Shown in pieces: positions 25,406 through 37,100 of a stretch of DNA of 64,000 nt. Each line of letters starts with the position of its first letter. The first letter of the stretch is position 1. The DNA is from Octopus sinensis (Eukaryota). Where the stretch lies: positions 172,732,001-172,796,000 of the forward strand of contig NC_042998.1 in NCBI RefSeq assembly GCF_006345805.1. Direction: 5' to 3'. Made by a program: the position numbers and the translations under genes. The notes below the pieces were generated by a model that saw only the letters and a program-made list of their open reading frames with translations, ran no database searches and was not told the DNA's origin.

Positions 25406-25754
25406 TTCTAGGATCTTGGGCATCCTCCATCCGATTGCGCTCAAATTCGATATGTAGATACCGACGCTATCTTGGCATGTATAAGTCTTGAAAAAATTAC
25501 AAAAATCGATTCCAGGTGAGAATGCGATCGAGAAAGCCATGGGAACGTGCATTTGTACGCGCAAGTACATCGGCTGTTGCGATCGATACAACGCGTACGC
25601 GAGAAAAATGCTCGGTGTCTCAAATTTAGGTTAAATCAGTTTCTCAAAGGGGAGGCCTATGGGACGGTCGGACAAGCTGTTTTGAGAAAATTTGGTTTAA
25701 ATGTTTGACAACTCAGCATCGTCCATTGGACGGGGGGGGGGGGCATTTTGCTCG

Positions 25755-25765
<11 letters not shown>
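25345..25765 (+). mobile_element. Possible non-autonomous Helitron-like element with internal (GT)n
   Basis: ATAAAATCCG-(GT)n-CCGATTGCGCTCAAATT layout and a terminal CGTCC/GGACG hairpin before GCTCGT; termini not canonical. Confidence 0.35.
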
Positions 25766-25788
<23 letters not shown>

Positions 25789-26145
25789 GAGAATTATTCA
25801 TCTTCAAAATTTGTTTATTACAGTATTAGTCTCATTAAATTCATATTAAATTGAAATCCGACACGTGTTTCTGCTGGATAAGTCCTTTGATGTAGCATTT
25901 ATATCGGTTCAGTTTATATTCCTCCAAGATAGACAATCCTCTGCAGTTTTGCTGAAGGTTTTATTCATGAGCGTGTGTGAAGCGGACTGAAGAGTCAAGC
26001 GTTCGATAGTTTTTCTTAAAGTATATTCTAAATGACGGATCACAAATCTTTAGGCTACATGGCATTAGAAATTGCTTTGAAATACGATATAGGTACAGTT
26101 CTCGTATAATTAAGAGTTAGATCATCGGTTTTAGAATTTAAGGGA

Positions 26146-26370
26146 ATACTCGTTTACTCGTTTACTTGTTTCAGTCATTTGACTGCGGCCATGCTGGAGC
26201 ACTGCCTTTTTAGTCGAGCAAATAGACCCCAGGACTTATTCTTTGTAAGCCTAGTACTTATTCTATTGGGCTCTTTTGCCGAACCGCTAAGTAACGGGGA
26301 CGTAAACACACCAGCATCAGTTGTCAAGCGATGTTGGGGAGGACAAACACAGACACACAAACACACACAC

Positions 26371-26404
<34 letters not shown>

Positions 26405-26569
26405 ACGACGGGCTTCTTTCAGTTTCCGTCTACCAAATCCACTCACAAGGCTTTGGTCGGCCCGAGGCTATAGTAGAAGACACTTGCCCAAGGTGCAACG
26501 CAGTGGGACTGAACCCGGAACCGTGTGCTTGGTAAGCAAGCTACTTACCACACAGCCACTCCTGCGCCT
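26146..26569 (-). mobile_element. tRNA-derived SINE family B, full length, with internal (CA)/(TA) microsatellite
   Basis: Sense head AGGCGCAGGAGTGGCTGTGTGGTAAG..GGTTCAGTCCC (A/B-box-like); further copies at 42468, 50.6-51.0 kb and 59205. Confidence 0.9.
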
Positions 26570-26635
26570 ACATTATTTTATACAATTAGTCGTAGTAAAA
26601 ACTCTAATTAGGTGAAGAAGTATTTCCCTCATTGA

Positions 26636-26869
26636 TAAATCTCATTGATGAAAGGTAAACACCTTGATGAAAGGTAAATACCTTGAAACTCGGGTACGTG
26701 TGTATCATGTGTTGAAGACGGGGAGGATGACTCCCCTTCACAAATACTGACAGGACACAGATAGTGTGTCTATAGCCAGCGGGAGGAGGTGTCTTCCTGG
26801 GGCTACAAACTACAGTAGCATCCACCCTTTTGGGTTAGCCATATTCAAATGGCATATATGCATCACGTT
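26636..26869 (+). ncRNA. Retrozyme-like insertion: circularly permuted type I hammerhead, ~204-nt monomer, 16-bp flanking direct repeat
   Basis: Core UUGAUGA-AAGG uaaaua CCUU-GAAAC-ucgg-GUA at 26664-26696. The stem I partner (26851-26867) lies at the 3' end, followed by TTG. GTATTTCCCTCATTGA occurs at 26620-26635 and 26870-26885. Confidence 0.7.
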
Positions 26870-27557
26870 GTATTTCCCTCATTGACCACTTATAAAGTGG
26901 ATAAAATGATAGATTTACAAGAAATCGAAAGTAAGTGGAAGTAAAGAGGAAATAAATTAAAATCCTTTTAATTTGGATATTCAGACCAGTCCATAGCAAT
27001 TATGTTTAATACTTTTTGAAATATTAGAAGAGTTGCAATACTAATCATAAACAGAAAAATGAGAATAATACTAAAATAAACAAATTTTGAAGTGTAATTC
27101 TCCATTTTAATTTGTGTCTTAATTGTATACTGTATGAAACCCACTGGAGCGAACTCAGATTTACCTATGGAGTGAAGTACTCTGTGCTTACCTTAAACAT
27201 TTCTGTATGTTCCCTAGCATTCAATGTGGTTAGCCAGCTCTGGATTATATCCGAGTGTTAATTAGAAACTTGCCCGGTTTCCATATCCCCATCTCTTTAC
27301 GTTGAGGAATGCAAAATTGAGAGTGATACGGATAACATAGATAGTTACCAGGCAGTGTACTGATAAATTCGAAAGTTAAGCTGCAATTTCTTCAAGATAA
27401 GACTTGGTTACTGTATTTATTTCTGTGCGTTTTGTTCCACGTGAATATATTCCTTACGCCTACATATATTTAAACGTACAAATATTTAAAACAGTATATA
27501 TATTTATAACAATATATATGTATATATACATGCATATATGTATGTCCGTATCAATCT

Positions 27558-27593
<36 letters not shown>

Positions 27594-27791
27594 AGACACA
27601 GACACTTACACATATTTATATATATACGTATGCGTGTGGATGTGGGTGAGCGGTTGTGTATGCATGCATAAAGCAATTCTTGAAATTGTTTCAATTGGAG
27701 ATTTTAGATTTATTTTTTTTCGTTTCATAAAAGAAATAACTTACCTATTTTCAAAAACAATTATTGATGAAATGATATGAAGATTACTTAC

Positions 27792-28069
27792 TGGCGATTC
27801 CAGAAGGCTAGTTCCCTCTATCTGACCTCTCGGTAAAGAGATGCATTGCCTTTCCCTTTTCGGTAAATTTAAAGTCGAAGTTTCGGCTTTCAACACGTTT
27901 TCGACATCTGTAAATGACGATCTTCGAGGAATCTGTCTATCAGGGTTAATGAAATATTTCTTAAAATCAATGCGATGTGGAATCATAACTTCATCGTAAT
28001 CTGTCTCTTCATTGGAAGTTGATAATGTTGAATTGGTTTGTTGATAGTTTTGATATTCTAGTGGTAGAG
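27792..28069 (-). CDS. Internal exon of the host gene (xLPLEYQNYQQ...DYDEVMIPHRIDF...SLLESP)
   Basis: Acceptor TTTTCTTATTCGCAG at 28071-28070, donor CCA|GTAAGT at 27791, 278 nt open (phase 1 to 0). The phase-0 end is compatible with the exons at 12622 and 12470. Confidence 0.8.
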
Positions 28070-28266
28070 CTGCGAATAAGAAAATATACCAATATGGAAA
28101 AATGGAAATAACAATAAAAATCTTTTGTACAAAACTATTCGTAGCATACGAACTCGTATATAACTGGTATCAATTTGCAGTAAATAGTCTTTTAGCGTAC
28201 TCCATCACACTATGCTCAGTTCCTTAATTACACGTTGTTCTCTTAAAATAAAAACACACTGGGACA

Positions 28267-28308
<42 letters not shown>

Positions 28309-28431
28309 CATATATACACACACATACAAAAACATACATTCACATACACATAGCCATATAACTACAATGTAAGAATACATTTGATGAGAATTTGGTCGGA
28401 GGATCTAAATTTGCTGTAGATTTATATAGCC

Positions 28432-28502
<71 letters not shown>

Positions 28503-28503
28503 A
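28432..28503. repeat. (ATCT)n microsatellite
   Basis: Visible directly. Confidence 0.95.
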
Positions 28504-28639
28504 ACATGTCTGTATATCTATCAACCTGTCTGTCTAGCTAGCAAGCTAGCTAGACAGACAGACATTTTAGTCTGAGTAATCTGCAGGGGATTCGTCTATA
28601 TTCAGACGTTGAAAAACATTTGATGCTATAAACAGGATT

Positions 28640-30295
28640 CCTGCCTTAAGTGCTTTTAATACTGCTATTAAACTCACTTATCACCAATGAAAGATACGAC
28701 ATTTCGAATTTTGGACCTAAGCCCAGCAACGTATATGACTTACCGAAAATACATAAGCCAAGGGAAATTCAAAATCTAATAAAGGAACAAGATAGTGAAT
28801 ACATAAAATCATTACAACGAAGAGGTCTAAAATTTAGACCTCTTATTGCTGCTCCAGCATGCTCTACATAACGTCTAAGCAATTTTGTTAACATAATTTT
28901 AAAACCATTATGTACCGACATACCAAATTTCAATGGGGATGACATTGAGTTCTTGTCCTTTCTTCCTAAAACAATGGAATCGAATATAGTCTTGCTTCGT
29001 TTTTATGTAGTCTCAATACAAACATCCCACACGATTTAGGAATAAAGACGATTAAATATTGAAGGGTAAAACATAAGACAAGTGATTTGTAGTAGATTCG
29101 CCATGGCCTTTATATTAGACCCAGTCAAACCTATCCTTGAAAACAATGCATTTAATAGGAAGAATTATCTTCAAATTAGAGTCAAGGTTTTTCCAGTTTA
29201 TGCGAACTCAGTAATGGGATACTTAGAACGTCTACATCAAAGAGTGTAAGAAAACTACAGCACTGGCTTTAGAAGGTATATTTAATGTGCACAGAAGAGA
29301 AATGTTGAGGATTGCTTTATAATCTAGACTACATCTTCAAACATCCTGGAAGAATTCAGTACTCGCTGGAAGAATTCAGTACACCCAACTCCGAAAATTG
29401 CAAAGGATATGAGCCACTCAGAATTAACATTTCTCGACATAATGTTAATTAAAAATGATACCACCATCGCTACTGCCATATACTATAAAGACACAGACAC
29501 AGATTAGTATCTGAACCTTAAATCATGCCACCAAACACATACAAAACGCAATATCTCATACTGTCTTGCCAGAAAAAAAATATGCAGCAGAGACAAACGT
29601 ATCACAAAGCTTAATGGATTTCTACTCAAATAAAAATATCTATCCCTACTTATAAAAAATGGTATAGAGTGTGCTAAATAAATACATATAGAACAACTTG
29701 GAGAAACCCAAGAAAGCGGAAAGCAAAAACAGAACATTATATTACACAACTCATGTTTCCAAAATATCTTTACTGTCGTCAAATTAAACTTACCTATCAT
29801 TAGTCAACGTAACGAACTAAAAGATATAATTACTGTCCGCACATCGATTCAAAGTAAAACGCAACACTAAAATTTAAAGCAATTATTGACAAAAGCAAAG
29901 TTTGACCTAAACAACATTGATAAAACTGTCATGGTATCCAAATACAATGACAATCGATGCGGTAGACGATGTTTATACATACCGATCAATATATCAATAA
30001 AAAGAAACTGGAAGAATATTTACAAATGTACAAATGAACTGTAAAAGAGAGATCTAATCTACTGCATCAAATGCTCGAATTGTGAAGAGATATATATTGA
30101 CTAGACAGGAAACGTGTTATCGGAACATTCACAAGTGCACCAATAGCTAATTAGGGACCTTGATATTCATCAGATACCACTAAGCAAACATTTAGAAACG
30201 TATTGTAAGAAAATGTTTATATTTCCATTCTACAAACTTGTACAACTCAAGTGAAGTAGAGAGAAGAGTAAAAGGATTTTATTGAGAAATTCAGC
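28640..30295 (+). mobile_element. Penelope-like element remnant (RT + GIY-YIG endonuclease), many stops
   Basis: YDLPKIHK, FRPLIAAP, TNIPHDLG, YLNLKSCH..KRNISYCLA, and LIYCIKCSNCEEIY (GIY-YIG-like). Confidence 0.8.
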
Positions 30296-30364
30296 TAATA
30301 ATGATAATAGTAATAATAATAATAACAACAACAACAACAACAAACTACGTGGATATCCGTAGAA

Positions 30365-31740
30365 CATGCCAGTTTTCCTCTTATGAAACTGAATCCTAAT
30401 ATCATCACTGAACATTTTAAGCATAGCAAGTAGACCTTGTTGTTCGTCATTTTTTGAGTACATTTTCAGATCATCCATGTAAAACAGATGACTCCCTTTT
30501 TTCTTCTTGATCTCATATCCATACCCGGTTTTGTTGAGCATGATACTTAATGGTGCCAGTACCAAGCAGAATATTAAGGGTAACAGCGAATCCCCTTGGA
30601 AGATACCACTTTTGATTTTAATTGGTCTACTTCTTATTGATCCACTGGAATGGTTCAGCTTCAGCGTAGTTTCCCATGTATTCATGCTGTGTTTCATAAA
30701 CTTGAGAGTTGGGGATACTTTGCATACTCCCCTCACTTTCAGAATCCACGAATGAAGTACACTATCGAACGCCTTTTTATAGTCGATCCATGATGTGCTC
30801 AGGTTCGTTTTCCTGGTTTTGCAGTCTTCAAGGATCATTTTGTTTATCAGCAATTTGTCCTTGCATCCGTAGCTCACTCTTCGACAACATCTTTTATTCT
30901 GGTAGTAGTAGGTTCTTTTCTTCTAGGAATGTGTATATTCTTTCAGTGATTACAGATGTTAATATTTTATACATTGTTGGTAGACAGGTGATTGGTCTAT
31001 AGTTCTTTGGGTTTTCTGTGTCATTTATTTTTAGTATTAGGTATGTCACTCCCTGTGTCAACCAGTCTGGGCTATTTTCTGGGTTTTTCATGACTTCGTT
31101 GTATGCTGATGACATAACTCCATGTAATCAACTAGCTGTTTGATCCATAAGTTTGGTACTCGATCTATCCCCGGTGACTTCCAATTGCTGGCCTTTTTCA
31201 GGGCCTCTTCTGTTTTCATATCTTCCCATTCCTGTACTTCTTTATTTTTCAGGAGTGTTTCTTGTTCCTTAATCCATTCTGCATCTTCATTATGTTGTTT
31301 TTCATTTTCCCATATCGTACTGAAGAAATTTTCCATATCCTCTTTCTTTGGCGGTTGCTCAACATTTATTTGTTGTTTACCGAGTTCCCTGTAAAATGTC
31401 TTTCCAACTTCTTGTTGGAAATTGTTTTCTCTAAATCGTGTGCTTCTCTTTATATATCGTGACAGTCGTTGTGCCTTTGCTTGGATTTTTTGCTTTAGGT
31501 TTTCTTTTGCTTCAGGTATTTCATTTTTTTGTTTGATCCCATGCTTTTTGCATATTTTTTGGGTTTTCTTTGGTTGACCTGGTTTCCGTTACTTATTTCG
31601 ATCAGTATTGATAGGTCGCCTCTCATGCATTGTATATCCTTTTTTAAGTTTTCTTTCCATTTTGGTTGTGTTTTCTTCTGTTGAGCAGCTTTCTTTGTTA
31701 GTTTTATGCCTTTTGCTTCAGTAATAGATGCACCTGAAAC
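30365..31740 (-). mobile_element. R4/Dong-like LINE pre-RT and RT segment in inverted orientation
   Basis: KASNWKSPGID, NYRPITCLPTMYK, WIDYKKAFDSV, GIFQGDSL, HLFYMDDLK on the minus strand. Confidence 0.9.
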
Positions 31741-32184
31741 TGTGATCGGAAAAGATGATGTAACAGTACACTGGGATATGCCAATCAACACCGATAAATA
31801 AATCAAGGAAACAGGCCGGATATAATCATCAAAGATGGGAAGAATAAGAAATGCTTAATGATAGATATGATAGTACCATCAGCCCTTTAATGAAGTTGAT
31901 AAGTTATTTAAGTACAAAGACCTAGAAATAGAAGTGACCAAAATGTGGGAAATGAAAAGAAGCACAGCACCAGTGGTGATTGGAGCGTTAGAGATAATTT
32001 AAAAAGGCCTTGATAAGCAGCTCAACTTGCAGTGTAAACGTGAGAGAATTTCAGAAAATAGTGTTGCTAGGTTCCGCACACATTTTACGCTGTGTATTCT
32101 CCATGAGATGAGGACCTGCTGTGACCCTAGGGTCAAGAGATAACCCCGGATCAGCAGAAGACAACGGACCATATTTTATTTTAA

Positions 32185-32185
<1 letters not shown>
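31730..32185 (+). mobile_element. R4/Dong-like LINE REL domain + 3' UTR + (AAT)n tail
   Basis: PETV..VHWDMPINTD, RPDIIIKD, KYKDLEIE, VVIGAL, LLGSAHILR; directly abuts the inverted RT segment. Confidence 0.85.
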
Positions 32186-32240
<55 letters not shown>

Positions 32241-32280
32241 CAACAATAATAATAATAACAACAACAATAATAATAATAAC

Positions 32281-32339
<59 letters not shown>

Positions 32340-32444
32340 CAACAATTAGAAAGTAAGATATATAAGAACTAGAAAGTAAGAAATATTACAACTAGAAAGT
32401 AAAAAATATAAGAATGAACATGAACCTAGTAAAGTATTAGAAAA

Positions 32445-32530
32445 TAAATATAAGATGTTGTGGGACCTCAACATTCAGACTGACAAAGTAATAGAAGCTA
32501 GAAGGATTTATTTGGTAGTAGTAGCAGTAA

Positions 32531-32611
<81 letters not shown>

Positions 32612-32970
32612 TAGTAGTAGTTAGAGAGTATGGAAAGTGGCAGATAATTGACTTTGCAGTCCCAAATGAAGAAAACATTAATATGAGAAGTATAGAAAAA
32701 TATTTAAGTACCAGGACCTAGCTATTGAATTACAGAATCTAAAGAAAGTGAGGATAAAATGTATCCCAGTAGTTATGGGTGCATTGGGAACTATCTCTGA
32801 AGATCTGAACAAATGGATAGAGGAAATAGACATGAAAACCCAGTTTAGTACAGCTCTAGAAAACGGTGTCATCAGGGCAGCTAGGATAGTTAAGAAGGTT
32901 CTTGGCATCTAATGTTACTTGTAGCCCGATGTTAGGATTTTTCCTTTTCCAACCGTCTAATCGGTTGAGT
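32445..32970 (+). mobile_element. R4/Dong-like REL fragment interrupted by (GTA)n
   Basis: MLWDLNIQTDKVIEARR, IIDFAVP, KYQDLAIE, VVMGALGT. Confidence 0.8.
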
Positions 32971-33015
32971 GTATATGATAATGATAATAATAATGATAAT
33001 GATAATAAGAATAAT

Positions 33016-33225
33016 CCTTACTACTAAAGGCACAAGGCCTGAAATTTGGAGGAGGGGACTAGTCGATTACATTGACTCCGAGTTTCATTGGTACTTAATT
33101 TATCAATCCCGAAAAGATGAAAGGCAAAGTCGACCTCAGCGCAATTTGAGCTCAGAATGTAAAGACAGACGAAATACCACAAAGTATTTTACCCTGCGTG
33201 CTAACGATTGTGTCAGTGGCCACCT
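33016..33225 (-). mobile_element. SINE family A
   Basis: GGCAAAGTCGACCTCAGCGCAATTTGAGCTCAGAA core. Confidence 0.85.
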
Positions 33226-33233
33226 TAATAATG

Positions 33234-33293
<60 letters not shown>

Positions 33294-33347
33294 TAATAAT
33301 AATAATGATGGTGATGATGATAATAATGATGGTGATGATGATAATAA

Positions 33348-33745
33348 TGGACAAGAAATTAGAAAATAATAGACCGGACATAACAATTAAAAATAAGGAA
33401 AAGCGAAGTTGCTTACTAATTGACCTATTATGAATCATAATGAAAGAGGGCGGAAACAAAAATAATATAATCCCTTAAAGTTTGAAATAGGAATAATTTG
33501 GAGTATGAAAACTGTAAAGGTCGTGTCTATAATAGTAGTCACGTTGGGAACAGGAAGCAAAGATATAGACAAATACCTGTATGAGATTGGAATAAAATAC
33601 CTGGTAGAGCTCCTACAGAACGTTTGTCTCTTATGAGTAGCAAATGTTATCATGAAAGACTACTGTAAACTTGTGAATACCTTAAGGTTACAGGCAGTAA
33701 CCCGCTAGCCACATAAATCCTATCAGGAATAAAACCGAATCGAAG
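33348..33745 (+). mobile_element. R4/Dong-like REL fragment with 3' UTR
   Basis: DKKLENNRPDITIKNKEKRSCLLID, IWSMKTVKVVSIIV. Confidence 0.7.
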
Positions 33746-33903
33746 TCAGACCATACTGCTGCTGCTGCTGCTGCTGCTACAACAGCAACAACAACAACAA
33801 CAACAACAACAACTACTACTACTATACTACTACTACTACTACTACTACTAATTATAATAATAATAATAATGATGATGATGATGATGATGATGATAATAAT
33901 AAT

Positions 33904-34110
33904 CCTTTATAGTAAAGGTACAGGAAATTTGGTGGGGAGAGGACTAGTCCATCATATCGACCTCGGTGTTTCACTGTTACTTAATTTATCGACCCCGAAA
34001 GGATGAAAGCCAAAGTCGACCCCGGCGGAATTTGAACTCAGAACATAGCTACAGACGAAATACGGCTAAGCATTTTGATAGTGTTCTAACGATTCTGCCA
34101 GCTCGCCGCC
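33904..34110 (-). mobile_element. SINE family A
   Basis: GCCAAAGTCGACCCCGGCGGAATTTGAACTCAGAAC..GCCAGCTCGCCGCC head. Confidence 0.9.
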
Positions 34111-34174
<64 letters not shown>

Positions 34175-37100
34175 GGAGACACCGGGGACGTTTAAGAGGA
34201 GACACCGGGGACGTTTAAGAGAGACACCGGGGACGTTTAAAATGTAAGAAGGAAAATACAGAGCTCCGAAATATATCCACAAACATCGAAAACAAGGACA
34301 CCCTATGGAGCCAAAGATTTACTAACAAAGAATTGGACTATATCCGAGTAAGTAATATGAATTGAAATTTATTACTATTTTCGAAACGAAATGATGTATT
34401 TTGACTCGATATTATCTCCACCTCTAACACAACACATGTAAACATGCGTGGAACAACACGATCATCCCCGACCTCAAACACCATGTACAAAGGAACTACG
34501 AAGAAATTAAATGCCACCGATACTATTCAACCCAAGAATAACAATCGAGCGGTACGTACATTAAACCTACAACAAAAAATGTACGAAAAACTACACGTGC
34601 GAAATAATGTGACAACAGAAATAAACGGACCGGTACCCTACGAAAATGACGACCGTCAAAATAATGGGCCGGACGTTGTACCTCATGTCCCGCAATTAAA
34701 CCCCAAAAAAAGACGTAAATGGACACGTGAGGAATACATTTCTATCTTACACGCATACTTCACAGCAATGCTCTACCCACAAAATGAAAAACAACAACAC
34801 ATACATATAAAATATGGAAGGAAAATAATAGAGATATAGACTTGGATACAGCAATGAACCTAATAAATTAGCTAACGTACGAAGATACATTCTCAAAGCC
34901 AAAAAAATATCAGAAATAGAAATAGAACATTTAAAAGAAAAAATACACCAGGAAAATGTAGATAGAAGCCACACAACAATGCCCAATAATATAAACACTG
35001 AAACTGTATAAACACGAAGACAAACGCCAACATTCCCAACAAACACGATGTAAACAACGAAGGGGAGCCTAATGATTATGATAATATAAAAATAAAATAA
35101 TCAAAGAACTGAAAACACAGAGCCCAAAAGGACCACCGACCATACCTCCCAAGAATAAAAATAAACGCAATAACAACACCAATTATAAACAACATAAACC
35201 TAGCCGTCACTGAACTAGCCACTGAAACAAAAAAAAAGTGATATCACTGAACTAAATGACTTGATATACGCAGCAGCCACTGCAGCCACAAAAGAAGCTG
35301 GATACTCACCCAAACCCGCCCAAACAGGAGTACCACCACCCAAACAAACTGTGGATAAATAACATCCAAAACAAAATAAAAAAAATTAGAAAAGACCTGT
35401 CGATTCTTAATGAAATCAGCAAACAATCAAAGGAGTATGAAAATAACAAACTCGGCATCTGAAAAATGGAAATAACAACTGAAAGGTCACCCAGCACTGC
35501 AAAGCTGGCTACTAAGCAACAAAAAGAGAACAAAAATGCTCCGCAAATATAACATCACAGAAAAAGATTTGCCGGAGATAAAAGAAAAGCTGAAGCAAGA
35601 TATCCTTGCCAAAGCTCAAAGGATCCGCCGGTACGAGAAACGCCAACGCTTCTTTGAACAGAACAAAAAGTTCAACTCTGACCCCAAAAAGTTCTACCAA
35701 GAACTGGGCAAAAATAAAATAGAAGTCACTGCAGCACCAACGGCAGAAGAATTGGAAGAATTCTGGAGAGAAATATGGTCGGCGAACGAACAGCCAAAAA
35801 AAGGAGTATGAAAATAACAAACTCGGCATCTGAACAACTTTGGACCCCCATAACAACTGAAGAGGTCACCCAGGCACTGCAAAAACTAAGCAACTGGAAG
35901 GCACCTGGGAATGACAAGATCCCCAACTTCTGGTTGAAATATCTAACAGGAATGCACAAAAAGCTGGCTGAAAACTTTAACAGCATACTAGCAAGCCAGA
36001 GACAATGAATGGCTCACGAAGGGGAAAACCATCTTAATTCCCAAATCAAATGAAACAACAAAACCAGAAAACTACAGACCAATAACCTGCCTCCCTACTA
36101 TGTTCAAGGCATTTACTGCAGTGATATCGCAAAGGCTGAACAAGCACATGGACGAAAACAAACTGTTCCCAGAAGAGCAGAAAGGATGCCGCAAGGGCTC
36201 ACATGGCTGTAAAGATCAACTAATGATTAATAAAGCCGTAACTGAAGACAGCCACAGAAAGAAGAAAGGCCTCAATATGGCCTGGATTGACTACAAAAAG
36301 GCGTTTGATAGCATCCCCCACACATGGATCCTCGAAACACTAGCCATTAACAAAGTAGCACCAACAATCACAAAATTCATAGAGCACTCTATGAATAAAT
36401 GGCAAACAGTCCTACACCTCCAAACAAAAGAGGGACTCATGAAAACCAAAGACATCCCCATTAGAAGAGGAATATTCCAGGGAGACACGCTCTCTCCACT
36501 CCTTTTCTGCTTGGCACTGTCACCTCTATCTGATATGCTAAAAAGAACTGGATGCGGATATAAATGTTACGGCAAAACGATCAGCCACCTTTTATATATG
36601 GATGACCTAAAACTATACGCTGCAAATGACAAACAGCTGGAAACACTATTAAAGACAGTTCATGGATTTACCAAAGAAATAGATATGAAATTTGGATTAG
36701 AAAAATGCGCCAAAGTAACCATGAAAAGAGGAAAACTAGTTAAGAGTAACAACATCACACTAGATAAAACCAATGAAATAAAAGAATTAGACCAAAGCCA
36801 AGCTTACAAATACTTAGGAATCCATGAACAACACACACAAATGAAAGAGAAAATAAAAAAAGAATATTATAGACGAGTTAGATCAATACTAAAAACAGAG
36901 CTCAATGCTAAAAACAAGATAATAGGTATCAACACTTTAGCTGTCCCAGTTATAAGTTACAGCTACAATATCCTTAACTGGACACGAAATGAACTGTCCA
37001 AAATAGATAGGAAAACAAGAAAAATACTGACAGGATCTAGGATGCATCACCCAAAATCTGACATAGAAAGACTATATATACAACGTATAGAAGGTGGTAG

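Noticed and set aside
34175-34330. HDV-like ribozyme at the 5' end of the long LINE
   Set aside because: I could not assemble P1/P2/P3 pairings by eye; a descriptor search is needed.
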